From NCBI GenBank assembly GCA_963665295.1, contig OY762209.1, positions 640,001 to 704,000 on the forward strand: a stretch of DNA of 64,000 bases, given 5' to 3'. This stretch comes from Syntrophorhabdaceae bacterium. GTDB lineage: Bacteria > Desulfobacterota > Syntrophorhabdia > Syntrophorhabdales > Syntrophorhabdaceae. The notes below the pieces were generated by a model. That model worked only from the letters and a program-made list of their open reading frames with translations, did no database searches and was not told the origin of the DNA. Position numbers and translations under genes: made by a program. Positions 27,906 to 38,359 of this stretch are shown here, in pieces. Each line of letters starts with the position of its first letter. The stretch's first letter is position 1.

Positions 27906-29093
27906 ATGACAAAGCGCATCGCATGTATTATTATTGCCGGCTTTTTTACGCTTTTCGCCGCATTTGCCATCCGATACTCCTACGGGCTGGTTTTGCCCCA
28001 AATGCTGACGGCCCTCGATATATCCAAGGCGGAGGCCGGAATCATCTTTTCCTCCTACTTCATAGCCGCCGCCCTGCTTTCGCCGCTGGTCGGCATTCTC
28101 GTAGACAGGTTTGATGCGAAGATCATACTCACCGTGTTCGTCGCCATTCTCGGCGCAGGGGCCTGCCTCATGGCAACAGCTTCCTCGGTCGTCGGGGCCT
28201 CCATCTTCTTCGCCATAACAGGGATAGGTCATTCCGCGTGCTGGGCGCCGGTTGTTGCCGTGGTGATGCGATGGGTCAGCCCGGAGAGAAGGGGGATCGC
28301 TATCTCCGTAGTAGACCTCGGGACTACGGCGGGCATCGGCGCATGGAGCATCCTGGTGCCTATCATCATGAGAGGCCACGATTGGAGGACCGTTTGGACG
28401 ACGCTCGGCATAACCGCGCTGGCCGTGGCAGCCATGAATTTCTTCCTCATAAAAAGTCGTCCCGACACGGACGCTCAGAAACCGGGCGGCACGCAAAAGG
28501 TCGAGGCGCCTGCCGGCGGACATTACAAGGTAATTCTCCGGGACAGAAGGTTCTATCTCATCGGCCTTTCCTATCTGTTCATCAGCTTCTCCATAATCAT
28601 CCCCTTCACGTTCCTTACCACCTATGCGACGCAGGTATTGACCATACCCTATGCTTCGGCCACGGGTCTCCTCCTGGTAATGGCTGTCTCGGGCGCAATA
28701 GGCAAACTGGTTCTGGCACATATATCCGACAGGGTGGGAAGGATCAGAATAATGATGCTTTGCGGACTTCTTACGGCTGTGGCCGCGCTGGGCATGGCCT
28801 ATTCCAGGGAATTGACCGGGTTACGCCTCTATTCGGTGCTATTCGGCATCGGCTATGGAACCCTGTGGGCGGTTTATGCCGCCTCAGCACGGGATCTCTT
28901 CCCGGCGAATTATGTCGGCGGCGTAGTCGGGCTCTGGACCCTTTTTCACGGCGTGGGTTCGGTGATTGCCCCGGTTCTGAGCGGTTGGACCATAGACGCC
29001 GGCGGCACCTACTATTGGGCGTTCATCCTTGCCGCATCCGCTTCGGTATTGTCCATGATCCTGTTACTGCCCGTGAGAATAGCCCGATCTTAA
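27906..29093 (+). CDS. MFS transporter
   Basis: About 12 TM segments; G.LVDRFD and SDRVGR motif A copies. Confidence 0.92.
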   Translation: MTKRIACIIIAGFFTLFAAFAIRYSYGLVLPQMLTALDISKAEAGIIFSSYFIAAALLSPLVGILVDRFDAKIILTVFVAILGAGACLMATASSVVGASIFFAITGIGHSACWAPVVAVVMRWVSPERRGIAISVVDLGTTAGIGAWSILVPIIMRGHDWRTVWTTLGITALAVAAMNFFLIKSRPDTDAQKPGGTQKVEAPAGGHYKVILRDRRFYLIGLSYLFISFSIIIPFTFLTTYATQVLTIPYASATGLLLVMAVSGAIGKLVLAHISDRVGRIRIMMLCGLLTAVAALGMAYSRELTGLRLYSVLFGIGYGTLWAVYAASARDLFPANYVGGVVGLWTLFHGVGSVIAPVLSGWTIDAGGTYYWAFILAASASVLSMILLLPVRIARS

Positions 29094-29216
29094 GGGGACA
29101 GAAAGAAAGCGGACCCGTTCCGCAGGTGGCCGGGTTCGATCATAATCGGTGGCCGGGGTGGCGCGGAATACGCACACGGTCCTAAACTCAACCGCTCTGT
29201 CACTCAGTTCCGCAAA

Positions 29217-31163
29217 TTACGTCCTAATTTCCCAATCATCCGGCACAAGCGCTTTGCCATCGGTCCACCGTTCTATCGTGGCTGCCATGTAATGCTTATC
29301 ATCTGAGAAATATGCGTGCTCCAGTACCAGAAATTGCAGGGAGTTTTCTTTGGCGAAACGATACAAAAAATCAAAATACCTTTGCAGGTTTGTAACCTCT
29401 TTTGATTTTTTTAATACTATCTCCTTTTGGGGTTTTCCTGGGTCTGCCGGGTAATATGGTCGGCTTAGCTGATCCAAAATGATAAATCCTGGCACGGGCT
29501 TGGAAATAAGACCAAAATGTTTATGCAAGGCAAGAATCACTGCCAGGTGAAGGCTGAGATAATTCTCGTCGGAGCCAATGTCGCGCATTGGGATTCTGCG
29601 TGTTTCTCCCAGAATACCCGATTCAAGTTTTCTGGGATCAAAAAAGACCGGTCTTCCGTCATATGTCTTGTCAAACGGAAGTTCCTTTAAGATGCTCGTG
29701 GCGGCTTGGGATAATATTACTGATGTGTCCTGTAACCGGTCGAGTTTGGCAGATACATCCAGTTCAGACTCTAATGACGCAATTTCCTCGCGGAGAGCAG
29801 ATAGGCCTTCCTTTGGAAATATTTGTTCGCTCGCTTCAACGCTGGTCTCCAAGAACAGGCTCACCCTTCCGACGATCCTCTGACGTCTCTGATCCAAATC
29901 TACATGCATTTGTATTTGCTTTTCTTCTTGAATTAGCGAGGCTTTACGCTTTCTAAGCTCTGCGAGTTTCTCTGCCACCTTTTCTTTTTGGTTTTCGAGA
30001 TCCAATAAATAATTTCCCAGCTTTGGCCGGTCGCTTCTTACGTGCTCCAATTCAGCTCCGACCTTTCGTAACGCCGTCCTTACTTCATTTGCCAAGTCAT
30101 GGCCTACGGACAATGGCTGCTGGCACAGGGGGCATTTATGATCATCCGTTAAGGGTATCAAATCTACTGCCTTTAACCGCAACTGTTGAAGGTTGGTAGT
30201 ACTTTCATACTCGTCGGTCTGATTCAAAAAAAATTTTGCAGATGAGATTCTGCTCTTAATGCGTCGCAGTTCTGATATAACAGCGTTTTCTTTTTCAGTA
30301 ATCTCATCCAGTTCATCACTACCTTCAAAAGGCGACTTCTCCGTCGTCCACTCGGCCACTGAGCGCAATGCCTCAGAGACTTCCGCAATAGAGACCTCGT
30401 CGGCTGATGGAATGGTACCGTCATATAGTCCAACTTGAGAGGCTTCAGCTAAAAGATTAAGAGATCGTGATACTTCCTCATTCTTAAGGTTCTGAACGCG
30501 CGCATATCGTCTTTCGGCTTCCGCCAGGGCACGCCGCAACCTCGCGAGGCGATTCTCTTTGGCGACGGTTTCTTCATCGGTAATTCCGAGAAAATAGGGC
30601 AACGTGTCGATAATGCTTTGCCGTCTTTGATCGTTTGCTCCACGAAAAAGAGTTGTCTTACTGATAATAACATCATCATCGAGTATCAAATACGGGATTA
30701 AGTTGCGTGCCGAAATTCTTGCTCGGGGCCTCGTTCCCGAATCGAATGTTTCCGATTGGACATCTCCAAGACCTATTATCTGTTCAAATTTCCGCACAGC
30801 CCCGTCCCGATTTGTTATTGTGTGTAAATCGCTAGAAGTAGGTGGTATGTTAATCTTCTCCCCAACGAGAAAGAAAAAATCCTCACTTTTGGTTTTGTTC
30901 GGGTCTGGGGATTTACGACAGACCAGAAAGCGAGTCTGTTGCTGGACCCAGAGTAAACCAAACCATGAACAGGCATTCCTGATTCTATCGGGGATATGGC
31001 ATTTTGATGAGCCCATGACAAAATCAAATATTTCGGAAATGGCTGATTTGCCTGTGTTGGAATCTCCCGTAATGATATTGACTTTCCCTGGCTTTAGTTT
31101 TATTGTTCTCTGCGATTTGTCATGATCCCATAGAATTATCTGTTCAAGATTCCAATATTTCAT
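29217..31163 (-). CDS. lmuB: Lamassu/ABC-3C SMC-like ABC ATPase (DUF3732-type)
   Basis: Walker A GDSNTGKS, long coiled coil with CPLC hook, GSDENYL signature, IILDQ Walker B, LEHA; ATGA overlap with upstream gene. Confidence 0.85.
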   Translation of the reverse strand: MKYWNLEQIILWDHDKSQRTIKLKPGKVNIITGDSNTGKSAISEIFDFVMGSSKCHIPDRIRNACSWFGLLWVQQQTRFLVCRKSPDPNKTKSEDFFFLVGEKINIPPTSSDLHTITNRDGAVRKFEQIIGLGDVQSETFDSGTRPRARISARNLIPYLILDDDVIISKTTLFRGANDQRRQSIIDTLPYFLGITDEETVAKENRLARLRRALAEAERRYARVQNLKNEEVSRSLNLLAEASQVGLYDGTIPSADEVSIAEVSEALRSVAEWTTEKSPFEGSDELDEITEKENAVISELRRIKSRISSAKFFLNQTDEYESTTNLQQLRLKAVDLIPLTDDHKCPLCQQPLSVGHDLANEVRTALRKVGAELEHVRSDRPKLGNYLLDLENQKEKVAEKLAELRKRKASLIQEEKQIQMHVDLDQRRQRIVGRVSLFLETSVEASEQIFPKEGLSALREEIASLESELDVSAKLDRLQDTSVILSQAATSILKELPFDKTYDGRPVFFDPRKLESGILGETRRIPMRDIGSDENYLSLHLAVILALHKHFGLISKPVPGFIILDQLSRPYYPADPGKPQKEIVLKKSKEVTNLQRYFDFLYRFAKENSLQFLVLEHAYFSDDKHYMAATIERWTDGKALVPDDWEIRT

Positions 31164-31645
31164 ACACGCATCCCTAAACAATGGAGAGAGATTTGCATTG
31201 AACCGACCTGCCCAAACCATCTGCCTAAACGCTCGGCCATCTGCAGCGAGGTTTTTAATTGGCTGTTATCTGCAATGACTTTGCTCTTATTTTTTAATTT
31301 TCCGGTAACAACTATCTTATGTTCTGGCCCAAGCCCTATCATTCCGTTCGACAGGGCAAGATGGAGGCCGGATAACGAAAGCCGTTTTGCATCTTGAACG
31401 GAAGTGGCCAGTTCAGTAGGAACCCATGCATTACGATTGAGCCACTCCACCAATCCTGTCTTTGTATTCGTACCGTGTAGGGTCTTGGCATACAGACTGG
31501 AAGATACGATCGGTAAAGGTAGATAGACAAGGGGATACTCACAGCCAGCATCGTCTTCTTTCACATAGCCTTCAACAAATTGCCAAATAATTGAGGCTAC
31601 ATAGGCCGGGTTGGTGGCGGCGAAAATATCAAGCGATTTCTTCAT
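31160..31645 (-). CDS. lmuC: Lamassu/ABC-3C middle component
   Basis: NPAY, YLPLPIV, AERLGRWF motifs; lies between effector and ATPase. Confidence 0.78.
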   Translation of the reverse strand: MKKSLDIFAATNPAYVASIIWQFVEGYVKEDDAGCEYPLVYLPLPIVSSSLYAKTLHGTNTKTGLVEWLNRNAWVPTELATSVQDAKRLSLSGLHLALSNGMIGLGPEHKIVVTGKLKNKSKVIADNSQLKTSLQMAERLGRWFGQVGSMQISLHCLGMRV

Positions 31646-32855
31646 CGCTATTGTCTCCCTGTTGTTTAAGCCGGGCCTGATAATCTGGATGCCATCCAAC
31701 TCTCAATTCATCGGCAAGTTGCTGATAGATGCCGCTTGTATAGAACGGTTGATTCCAGCTCTTTCGAGGAGGAGGTATTTCCACAGAGGCATTTTGATGG
31801 GACCAGTCGAGCAGCTTTCGGCCCACTTCTTTCTTCGTACCTTCAGGCGAACGGGCATGATCATGCCGCATGGGACCGTGATAGTCTCTCCAGGCTTCTA
31901 CCAGTCTCTCGTCATATTCCGTCAAGGTCGTTGCGAGAGATATGTCGTATTCAAGCCACGCTCGGCGCTGGTTAATAGCCCGATATCTTGCCAAAGCAGC
32001 TCTTTTTATGCGCTCCTTGCCACCATCAACTAATCGAATCTGTTCTTGCATTCTCTCACCAATATGCGCCATCACATCGTCCGGTGTCTTCGTACTAAAC
32101 ATGTCCGGTAACGCGTCATCCGCCGTATCAGCTATGAGTTGAGCTATCCTGTCTTGGAGTTCTGTTTTTGGGATTTCGCGAAAATCCTTATGAAGCAATG
32201 AATATACAACTCGTTGATGCCACCACTCAATGAGAATTTTAACGATGAAGTCTCTTTTGTCCTGACGCAGTGTATTTTTCAGGCGAGATTTAACCTCGTC
32301 AGGTATGTGAGAAATGTCAAACGATCCCGGTTTGATTCGCATATGATCCACGAGCAGCTGGCGATCTGACAATTCTAGTTTGAGAAAAGCTTCAGCACCC
32401 TTAAATCTCTTTTCGAATGGCAACTTATTAGCTTTCCTTTCCTCCGCCTCTTTGCGTTTCTGACATATCTTCATAGCCGCTTCTGAAAGGCGTATTGTTA
32501 CCAATGACTTATCCGCGGGGTTATCGCAAAGTCGTGCGAGAGCGCTTTCGGGCCTTACACGGGAACAAGTCACAAGGATATAGTGATGATCAATGTCAAT
32601 GGGTTTTGAACACCATATTCTCATGGTTTTCCAGAAAGCATCTGTATTTTCAGAGATATCCGGCTGTTTGACTCTGCTGTGTTTTATCTGGAATAATGTT
32701 GGGGTATTGCCATGCAAGAAAACATCATCTTCCGTCTCAACTGAGACGACTCCATTATCATCCGCATCCAATAATACCACCAAGGCATATAAGCCTTGGT
32801 GTACATACCCAAGATAAGAATCCGTGGCATCGAATAATGTGTTCGTCGTGTCCAT
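31629..32855 (-). CDS. lmuA: Lamassu/ABC-3C effector: N-terminal PD-(D/E)xK (Cap4-like) nuclease plus ABC-3C C-terminal domain
   Basis: GYVHQGLYAL, VETEDDV, FQIKH; C-terminal G.YQQLADE.RVGWHPDY. Confidence 0.8.
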   Translation of the reverse strand: MDTTNTLFDATDSYLGYVHQGLYALVVLLDADDNGVVSVETEDDVFLHGNTPTLFQIKHSRVKQPDISENTDAFWKTMRIWCSKPIDIDHHYILVTCSRVRPESALARLCDNPADKSLVTIRLSEAAMKICQKRKEAEERKANKLPFEKRFKGAEAFLKLELSDRQLLVDHMRIKPGSFDISHIPDEVKSRLKNTLRQDKRDFIVKILIEWWHQRVVYSLLHKDFREIPKTELQDRIAQLIADTADDALPDMFSTKTPDDVMAHIGERMQEQIRLVDGGKERIKRAALARYRAINQRRAWLEYDISLATTLTEYDERLVEAWRDYHGPMRHDHARSPEGTKKEVGRKLLDWSHQNASVEIPPPRKSWNQPFYTSGIYQQLADELRVGWHPDYQARLKQQGDNSDEEIA

Positions 32856-33318
32856 AACCCCCTTAAGGTTCCTTTTAGACAATATAGACGAATACTCTAT
32901 GAAATCTGAATACGGCTGTTATCCGTGCTCACACAAATCCGATAGTAATCAACCAAAGGAGTGAGCACGTTTCTGAATGTATCATTGTTATTATACAAGA
33001 GATTTTCTGAATTACAATCAAAATCTAGAAGGGTTAGTCGAAAGATTCCAAATACTTCCTGTTCCGTCACTTGCAATCATAGGTTATCCATGGCGCCAAA
33101 AGGCACCTCTGAACTTCTCATAATAGTCGATACCACATCTATTGGTCTACTAAAAGGGTCCTAAGCGGCATAATTGACTGTCTTTCTTCATATCCAAATC
33201 CCTTTATCATTAAATCAGTTTCTAAAAAATTCAAGGAGGGAAAATCATGGGGATAACGATTCGCTACAAGGGAAAGGCAAAAAGCATTGAAGCGATCGAC
33301 AGCCTGATCGGGGAACCT

Positions 33319-33505
33319 GTAACAGTTTAGTCCTCCACCTCCGACCAACTCATCAACTTGAATTGCGATACAGAGCCCTCCGTGCGGTCTTCATGTCGGA
33401 AGTGAGAAGTATCTCCAGGAACTCCCTCGGCTTATGTCCCTGTCTCAAGGAGGTAAGCACAAGGCTCGGCAGAATGCTGTGGGTTCTCAATCCTTTTTCC
33501 GAGCG
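33319..33505 (-). mobile_element. IS66-family right-end remnant
   Basis: RSEKGLRTHSILPSLVLTSLRQGHKPREFLEILL..* then a terminus reading GTAACAG on the + strand at 33319. Confidence 0.6.
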
Positions 33506-33520
33506 GAAGGAACATAGGGG

Positions 33521-33836
33521 TCACCCATTAAAGGGCCCCTGTCAAGAGATAATATTCCCCCTCACCCATTAAAGGGCCCCTGTCAAGAGGCAATATTCCC
33601 CCGCAGCAAAAAACTAAGCATTTTTTGCAGGGTCTAATACGCCAACACCGGTACGTCGCTCCTTGACCCCTGTCTTCTGCGTCTGCTTTTTCTTCTCTTT
33701 CTCGGTTCGCATCTCTGACCTGCACCAGTCACCCATCGGGATTAAAGGTCTCTTATGGACCTCGTGTCTAATGACCCAGAAAATCGTCAGTTCCCTACCG
33801 TGTCCAATGTGTGGTTCTCAGCACCTATGGTTATAA
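33521..33836 (+). repeat. Copy 1 of ~275-bp direct repeat, preceded by a 41-bp tandem duplication of its start
   Basis: 33562-33836 matches 38808-39082; 33521-33561 and 33562-33602 are near-identical 41-mers. Confidence 0.92.
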
Positions 33837-33980
33837 GCCAACCCCTATGTAGGCTCACGGCACGGGCAGATCAGGTTCGCCAGGAGTTTTTCCCTTGGCT
33901 AAAGTTTTAGACGGGATAGGCCTCCCAATCAGCCCTCAAGGTTATAAGCCAACCCCTTTACCGGTTCCGCCTTCCCGCCG
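33740..33980 (-). ncRNA. Putative IS110 bridge/seek RNA (boundaries approximate)
   Basis: Two stem-loops sharing an 18-bp repeat (33829-33846, 33940-33957), each followed by an 8-mer matching a junction (AGGGCTGA, GGTGCTGA). Confidence 0.6.
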
Positions 33981-34205
33981 AATAGTTTCATTTCATCATA
34001 GACAACCTGGTCTCGTAAGATATGATATGATGCCCGCGCCAGTTTATTACTGATTGCCTTTATGGCCACTATCTTATTGGTCCTGGCCATTTTCTTCTGA
34101 TAATACCGTTGTACTACGGGATAATATCTCTTCGCAAAGTGAGTTAGGATGGATATAGTGGACACCATATGCGGTACAATATGGATACATAACGGAGGTG
34201 TCCGA

Positions 34206-34514
34206 GTGGCAAAGATTCCCAGAGGAGTGTTTACAAAAGAGTTCAAAGAGGAAGCGGTAAGAATGGTGACGGAGGGCGGTCTCGGCATACCTGAGGTAGG
34301 CAGAAGACTGTCACTTGCGAAGTCAACCCTCGCTCGGTGGGTAGCCCAGGCAAAAAGGGGCGGCCTTGTGGTAACGCGAGGTCAGGCGACGGACCAGGAC
34401 ATGGAAGTGGCCCGCCTGAAGCGTGAGATAGCTGAGCTCAAGATGGAGCGCGATATTTTAAAAAACGCGACCGCGTACTTTGCCAGAGAGTCGCTCAAAG
34501 GTACGCGATCGTGA
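34206..34514 (+). CDS. IS3 OrfA (HTH plus leucine zipper)
   Basis: FTKEFKEEAV, TLARWV, ERDILKNATAYFA; A6C slippery run near 34460. Confidence 0.9.
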   Translation: MAKIPRGVFTKEFKEEAVRMVTEGGLGIPEVGRRLSLAKSTLARWVAQAKRGGLVVTRGQATDQDMEVARLKREIAELKMERDILKNATAYFARESLKGTRS

Positions 34515-35371
34515 AAATCCTGCGACTCAAATATCCCCTTGCCCTTCTCTGTCAGGTACTCGAAGTATCTCGAAGCGGTTACTATGCATGGTTTAACCGC
34601 CCGCTTTCGCGACGCGCCCAGGAGGAAGAACGGCTGGAGATAGAGATAAAAGCTGCTCACAAAAGAACCCGGAAGACCTGCGGTCCCGAGAGACTGCAAA
34701 AGGATCTTGCCGGGCATGGCGTAAAGGTGGGCATCTCAAGGATCAGACGGATAAGGAAGAGGCTCGGTATACGGTGTAAACAAGTGAAGAAGTACAAAAC
34801 CACCACAGACTCGAATCATTCGCTCCCCGTGGCGGAGAACATCCTTGATCAGGATTTTACCGTGGAGGCTCCCGACGAGGTGTGGGTCAGCGATATCACC
34901 TACATCCCTACCGATGAGGGCTGGCTCTACTGTGCCGCCCACAAGGACCTTTTTACCGGGGAGATCGTGGGCTACGCCCTGGGGGCGAGAATGACCAGGG
35001 AGCTTGTGCTTAGGTCTCTCATAAGAGCAGTGGCAGTAAGAAAGCCACCGAAAGGCCTGATCCACCACTCGGATCGGGGAAGCCAGTACTGCTCTACTGA
35101 ATATCAGAGACTACTCCTGCAGTTCGGCATGAAAGCTTCAATGAGCAGAAGGGGCAACTGCTACGACAACGCGCCCATGGAAAGCTTCTGGGGTACGTTG
35201 AAAAATGAGCTTATCCATCACCGTAATTACCATACGAGGGATGAGGCGACCGGGGAGATTACCGAGTATATAGAAGTCTTCTATAACCGGGAGAGGCGCC
35301 AGAAACGGCTCGACTATTTATCTCCTGCGGCATACGCAAGAAGATACTATGCCCAGAAAAGGGCGGCGTGA
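34511..35371 (+). CDS. IS3 OrfB DDE transposase
   Basis: WVSDITY, HSDRGSQY, CYDNAPMESFWGTLKNE. Confidence 0.95.
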   Translation: MKILRLKYPLALLCQVLEVSRSGYYAWFNRPLSRRAQEEERLEIEIKAAHKRTRKTCGPERLQKDLAGHGVKVGISRIRRIRKRLGIRCKQVKKYKTTTDSNHSLPVAENILDQDFTVEAPDEVWVSDITYIPTDEGWLYCAAHKDLFTGEIVGYALGARMTRELVLRSLIRAVAVRKPPKGLIHHSDRGSQYCSTEYQRLLLQFGMKASMSRRGNCYDNAPMESFWGTLKNELIHHRNYHTRDEATGEITEYIEVFYNRERRQKRLDYLSPAAYARRYYAQKRAA

Positions 35372-36354
35372 GAGACATTATTGGTGTCCACTATTGACAT
35401 CGGGGGTCAAAGTTCGCTGCTTCTATATATGCCCAGGAGAGATACCTGTTCCCGTTTCTCCTGTTGCCCTCCCCCTTGTTCTTCCCGTTTGAAGAGCGAA
35501 CACTTCTTACACATCGGCAATAGGAGGAGTAGTCTCCCACCCGGGGAAAGCGCGTGATAGATCCTGCCTCCAGCATGACGGTGAGGCCGAGGATATCTCC
35601 GATGCCGGGCAGGGTGAGGAGGCCTTTGAATTCATCCCTGAGTTTCGCCTCTGCAAGGATCACCCCTTCGATGCGGTCTATCTCTTTGGTGAGCTCACGC
35701 ATAATCGTAACGCTTGCGTTGACGGAGAGAAACAGATGTTCCTCCGGGAAGAGCTTTCTTACCTCAACCTCATCAAACTTCTTTACCACATCTCCCCTCA
35801 CGATAATTCCCAAACTCCGGCTTATGATGTTCTTGATGCTCAGGATATGGGAAGATCGATGACGCACCAGATGCAACCGTTTTCTCAGGAGATCCCGGAT
35901 GGGCCTCTCTTCCCTGGGATAAATATACCCTGTAGGCAATATCCCCAACCGTAAGAGATTGGCAAGCCAGAGGGCGCTTCTCTTATCGTCTATGTTCTTG
36001 AGTCCCTCATATTGTTTGATGGCTGCGGGATTGGCGAGACGCACCGTATATCCATTCTCCATGAGCCCATCCACGAACCAGTACCAGTTGAAGGTAGACT
36101 CCACCGCGATCGCGGACACCTCTTTCCTGAACGGGTCCAATGTGCCAAGAACAGTCGGGAGATCATTATTCAGCTTCTTCTGAAAGATGACCTTATTTGC
36201 CTCGTCAACGATACCTAGATAATTATTGTTTGAATGCAAATCTACTCCTACGTATAATGTCATTGGGCACCTCCTCATGAGTGTTTTGGTCAACCTCAAC
36301 ATAGTACAGCAAACCGTTGACTATGCGTAGGTGGTGCCCTTTAGATGATTATCA

Positions 36355-36459
36355 GCCCTTGACACGGGACAACAGGGCTGGCCCTTGGAGTAAAAGCATG
36401 TATTTCTAATCAGTTGCATCATCGCCAGAGCGTTTTGTCCTGTGTCAAGGGCAGACCCC
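36355..36459. repeat. REP/MITE-like element, copy A (left arm is the IS110 insertion site)
   Basis: Near-identical to 43052-43157; ends GTGTCAAGGGCAGACCCC. Confidence 0.85.
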
Positions 36460-36832
36460 CATGTCCCACTACTTTCCTGAGTTCCCGAAACAATGTAACG
36501 AGGAATTGAGATAAGTATCTAATAATGCAAGGCTAAAATGCACTTTTGCTTTCATAAATCATCGTTACGATGCCTACTGTTATAACGATGATTGGGAGAC
36601 GTCGTATGCTGGGCTATCCTTTATTAGGCCATTTAAAGAGACTGTAATTATAGATGCATACGGCCTGACCTCCCTTTGATGGGAGGAAAGACCCGCATGC
36701 ATCGTTACAATAACACGGGAACTCAGGTACTTTCGCATCGCCCATAGTCAGCTCGAATTTCGATACAACGCCGCCTGTAGGAACACTAAGGGGATGTTGG
36801 TTCAAAGGGAAAACTTATCAGATGAACAACGA

Positions 36833-36870
36833 AGATCAATTGCTACCTTGAATCGCACGTAAGTTCCCTT
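36833..36870 (+). repeat. 38-bp dispersed repeat (second copy 42451-42488)
   Basis: agatcaaYtgYtaccttgaatYgcaSgtaagttccctt, 4 mismatches. Confidence 0.7.
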
Positions 36871-37024
36871 CGAACCAACATCCCCTGCGTCAGTGACAGC
36901 TTCTAGGAAGAGGGGGCTAAAGAATTGGGGAAACTTCAGGGAGGTTGGCATTGACAATAGATACCTGTGGGGATAGAATTTTAGAAAGCGGAGTATTTTG
37001 CCAGGCAGGCAGGAAAGGGGGACT

Positions 37025-37723
37025 ATGGACATTATAATCACAGATCTTACGAGATTTGCAAATCCTGATATACTGTGTACGGCTGGGGTCAATCCTGAGA
37101 CAAATGAATGCGTTAGACCACTGCCCTACCTTGCTACGAGTGAGTGTCGCAGACTGAACATTCTGCCTGGAGCCACTATACGTGGAAATTTCGTTTCGGA
37201 ACGGCGCGCTAATCCACATTCAGAAGACAGAAAGCATGGAAAATTATCTTTTCTGGGGCCGTGCGGTTCAGAAAAGTTTAGATCCATTTTGGAGGCCACT
37301 ACCTGTCCTTCGGTAGAAGCAGGATTTGACATCCCCCTCGAAGAGGGACAGAAGCATGTACCAAACGATACGCCTCCTCGTATTTCCATAATTACTTTAT
37401 CAATTGATCCTACGGAATTGAACATAGTTTCCGATTCTTATACGCCAGGAAAAATAAAGGTAATCTTTACTGATCGTGCCGGAAAATCGTTCCGATATTT
37501 ACCTATTACGGATTTGGGATTCTACAATTACGCTCAGAAGCATGTTAGAAACAACGATATTGAGGGGTTAAATGGTTTCATTCATTCTCAAGAAAAGATC
37601 TTTATTCGTCTCGGCCTGAGCAGGAGTTATAAGGACCCTAACGGAAGATACGGGTTTTGGCTGCAAGTTAATGGTATCTACACGTTTCCGGAATACTTGG
37701 AAGAGATTAGGTGCTATAAATAA
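37025..37723 (+). CDS. Dual OB-fold-like domain protein
   Basis: CTAGV......VRP, PHSED, LPITD, IRLGLSR, LQVNGI pattern; first gene of the DUF488 cassette. Confidence 0.6.
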   Translation: MDIIITDLTRFANPDILCTAGVNPETNECVRPLPYLATSECRRLNILPGATIRGNFVSERRANPHSEDRKHGKLSFLGPCGSEKFRSILEATTCPSVEAGFDIPLEEGQKHVPNDTPPRISIITLSIDPTELNIVSDSYTPGKIKVIFTDRAGKSFRYLPITDLGFYNYAQKHVRNNDIEGLNGFIHSQEKIFIRLGLSRSYKDPNGRYGFWLQVNGIYTFPEYLEEIRCYK

Positions 37724-37744
37724 ATAATAGGAAATATCGAGATT

Positions 37745-38356
37745 ATGATTCATGAGATTTATTCAATAGGATATGCGGCGTTTTCAATCGGAGAATTCGT
37801 AAACGCGTTATTGAAGCATGGGATCAACGCGATAGCCGACGTTCGTTCTCAGCCCTATAGCAGATTTAAACCAGAATTTAATCGTGACAACTTGAGACGG
37901 GTTTTAAGAACACATAATATTGGCTATGTTTTTCTAGGAGATGAATGCGGAGCAAGAATTGGCTCATCTGAATACTATGTGAATGGAAAAGTGAGCTTTG
38001 ACTTAGTAAAGGATGATAAAGGATTTCAGAGGGGGCTGCGGCGTCTCCGGAAGGGGGCAGGGAAGTATCGTCTTGCTATCATGTGTGCCGAAAAAGACCC
38101 AATAATGTGTCACAGAACCATTCTAATCTGCCGCAATTTACGTTCCCCCGATATTGTTATTAAGCATATCATAGAAAACGGATTCATTGAGGACCACAGC
38201 GATACCGAGAAAAGGCTTTTACGGATTCATAACTTGGATCGATCCGACTTATACAGCACTTATGGTGAACGCCTCGAAGAAGCATATAGTCGTCAGGGCG
38301 AAAAGATTGCATATAATCCCTTGCGGGAACCGCAAGAAAGATCATTGGAATACTAA
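37745..38356 (+). CDS. DUF488 domain protein (long form)
   Basis: IYSIGY, ADVRSQPYS, FN...L, MCAEKDP..CHR. Confidence 0.85.
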   Translation: MIHEIYSIGYAAFSIGEFVNALLKHGINAIADVRSQPYSRFKPEFNRDNLRRVLRTHNIGYVFLGDECGARIGSSEYYVNGKVSFDLVKDDKGFQRGLRRLRKGAGKYRLAIMCAEKDPIMCHRTILICRNLRSPDIVIKHIIENGFIEDHSDTEKRLLRIHNLDRSDLYSTYGERLEEAYSRQGEKIAYNPLREPQERSLEY

Positions 38357-38359
38357 CGC

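Larger units (their letters stand above)
34140..35409 (+). mobile_element. IS3-family insertion sequence, intact
   Basis: Imperfect IRs TGA..GATG..ATAGTGGACACCA; 3-bp target duplication AAG (34137-34139, 35410-35412). Confidence 0.93.
33929..36263 (-). pseudogene. IS110 transposase split by IS3 insertion
   Basis: YVGVDLH, AVEST, K.IDDK.SA, LPGIG, SSNG, GNRYL; removing the IS3 and one AAG restores EAANF-AKRYYP..KLARA. Confidence 0.9.
33722..36356 (-). mobile_element. IS110-family element interrupted by IS3
   Basis: DEDD transposase in two pieces; GC core at both junctions (33722-33723, 36355-36356); long 3' non-coding end. Confidence 0.85.

Noticed and set aside
27906..29093. MFS transporter as the RiPP exporter
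   Set aside because: Opposite strand, separated by a thioesterase gene, and resembles small-acid MFS transporters; no evidence of linkage
33521..33602. CRISPR array from the 41-bp repeats
   Set aside because: Only two adjacent units, no spacers, no cas genes
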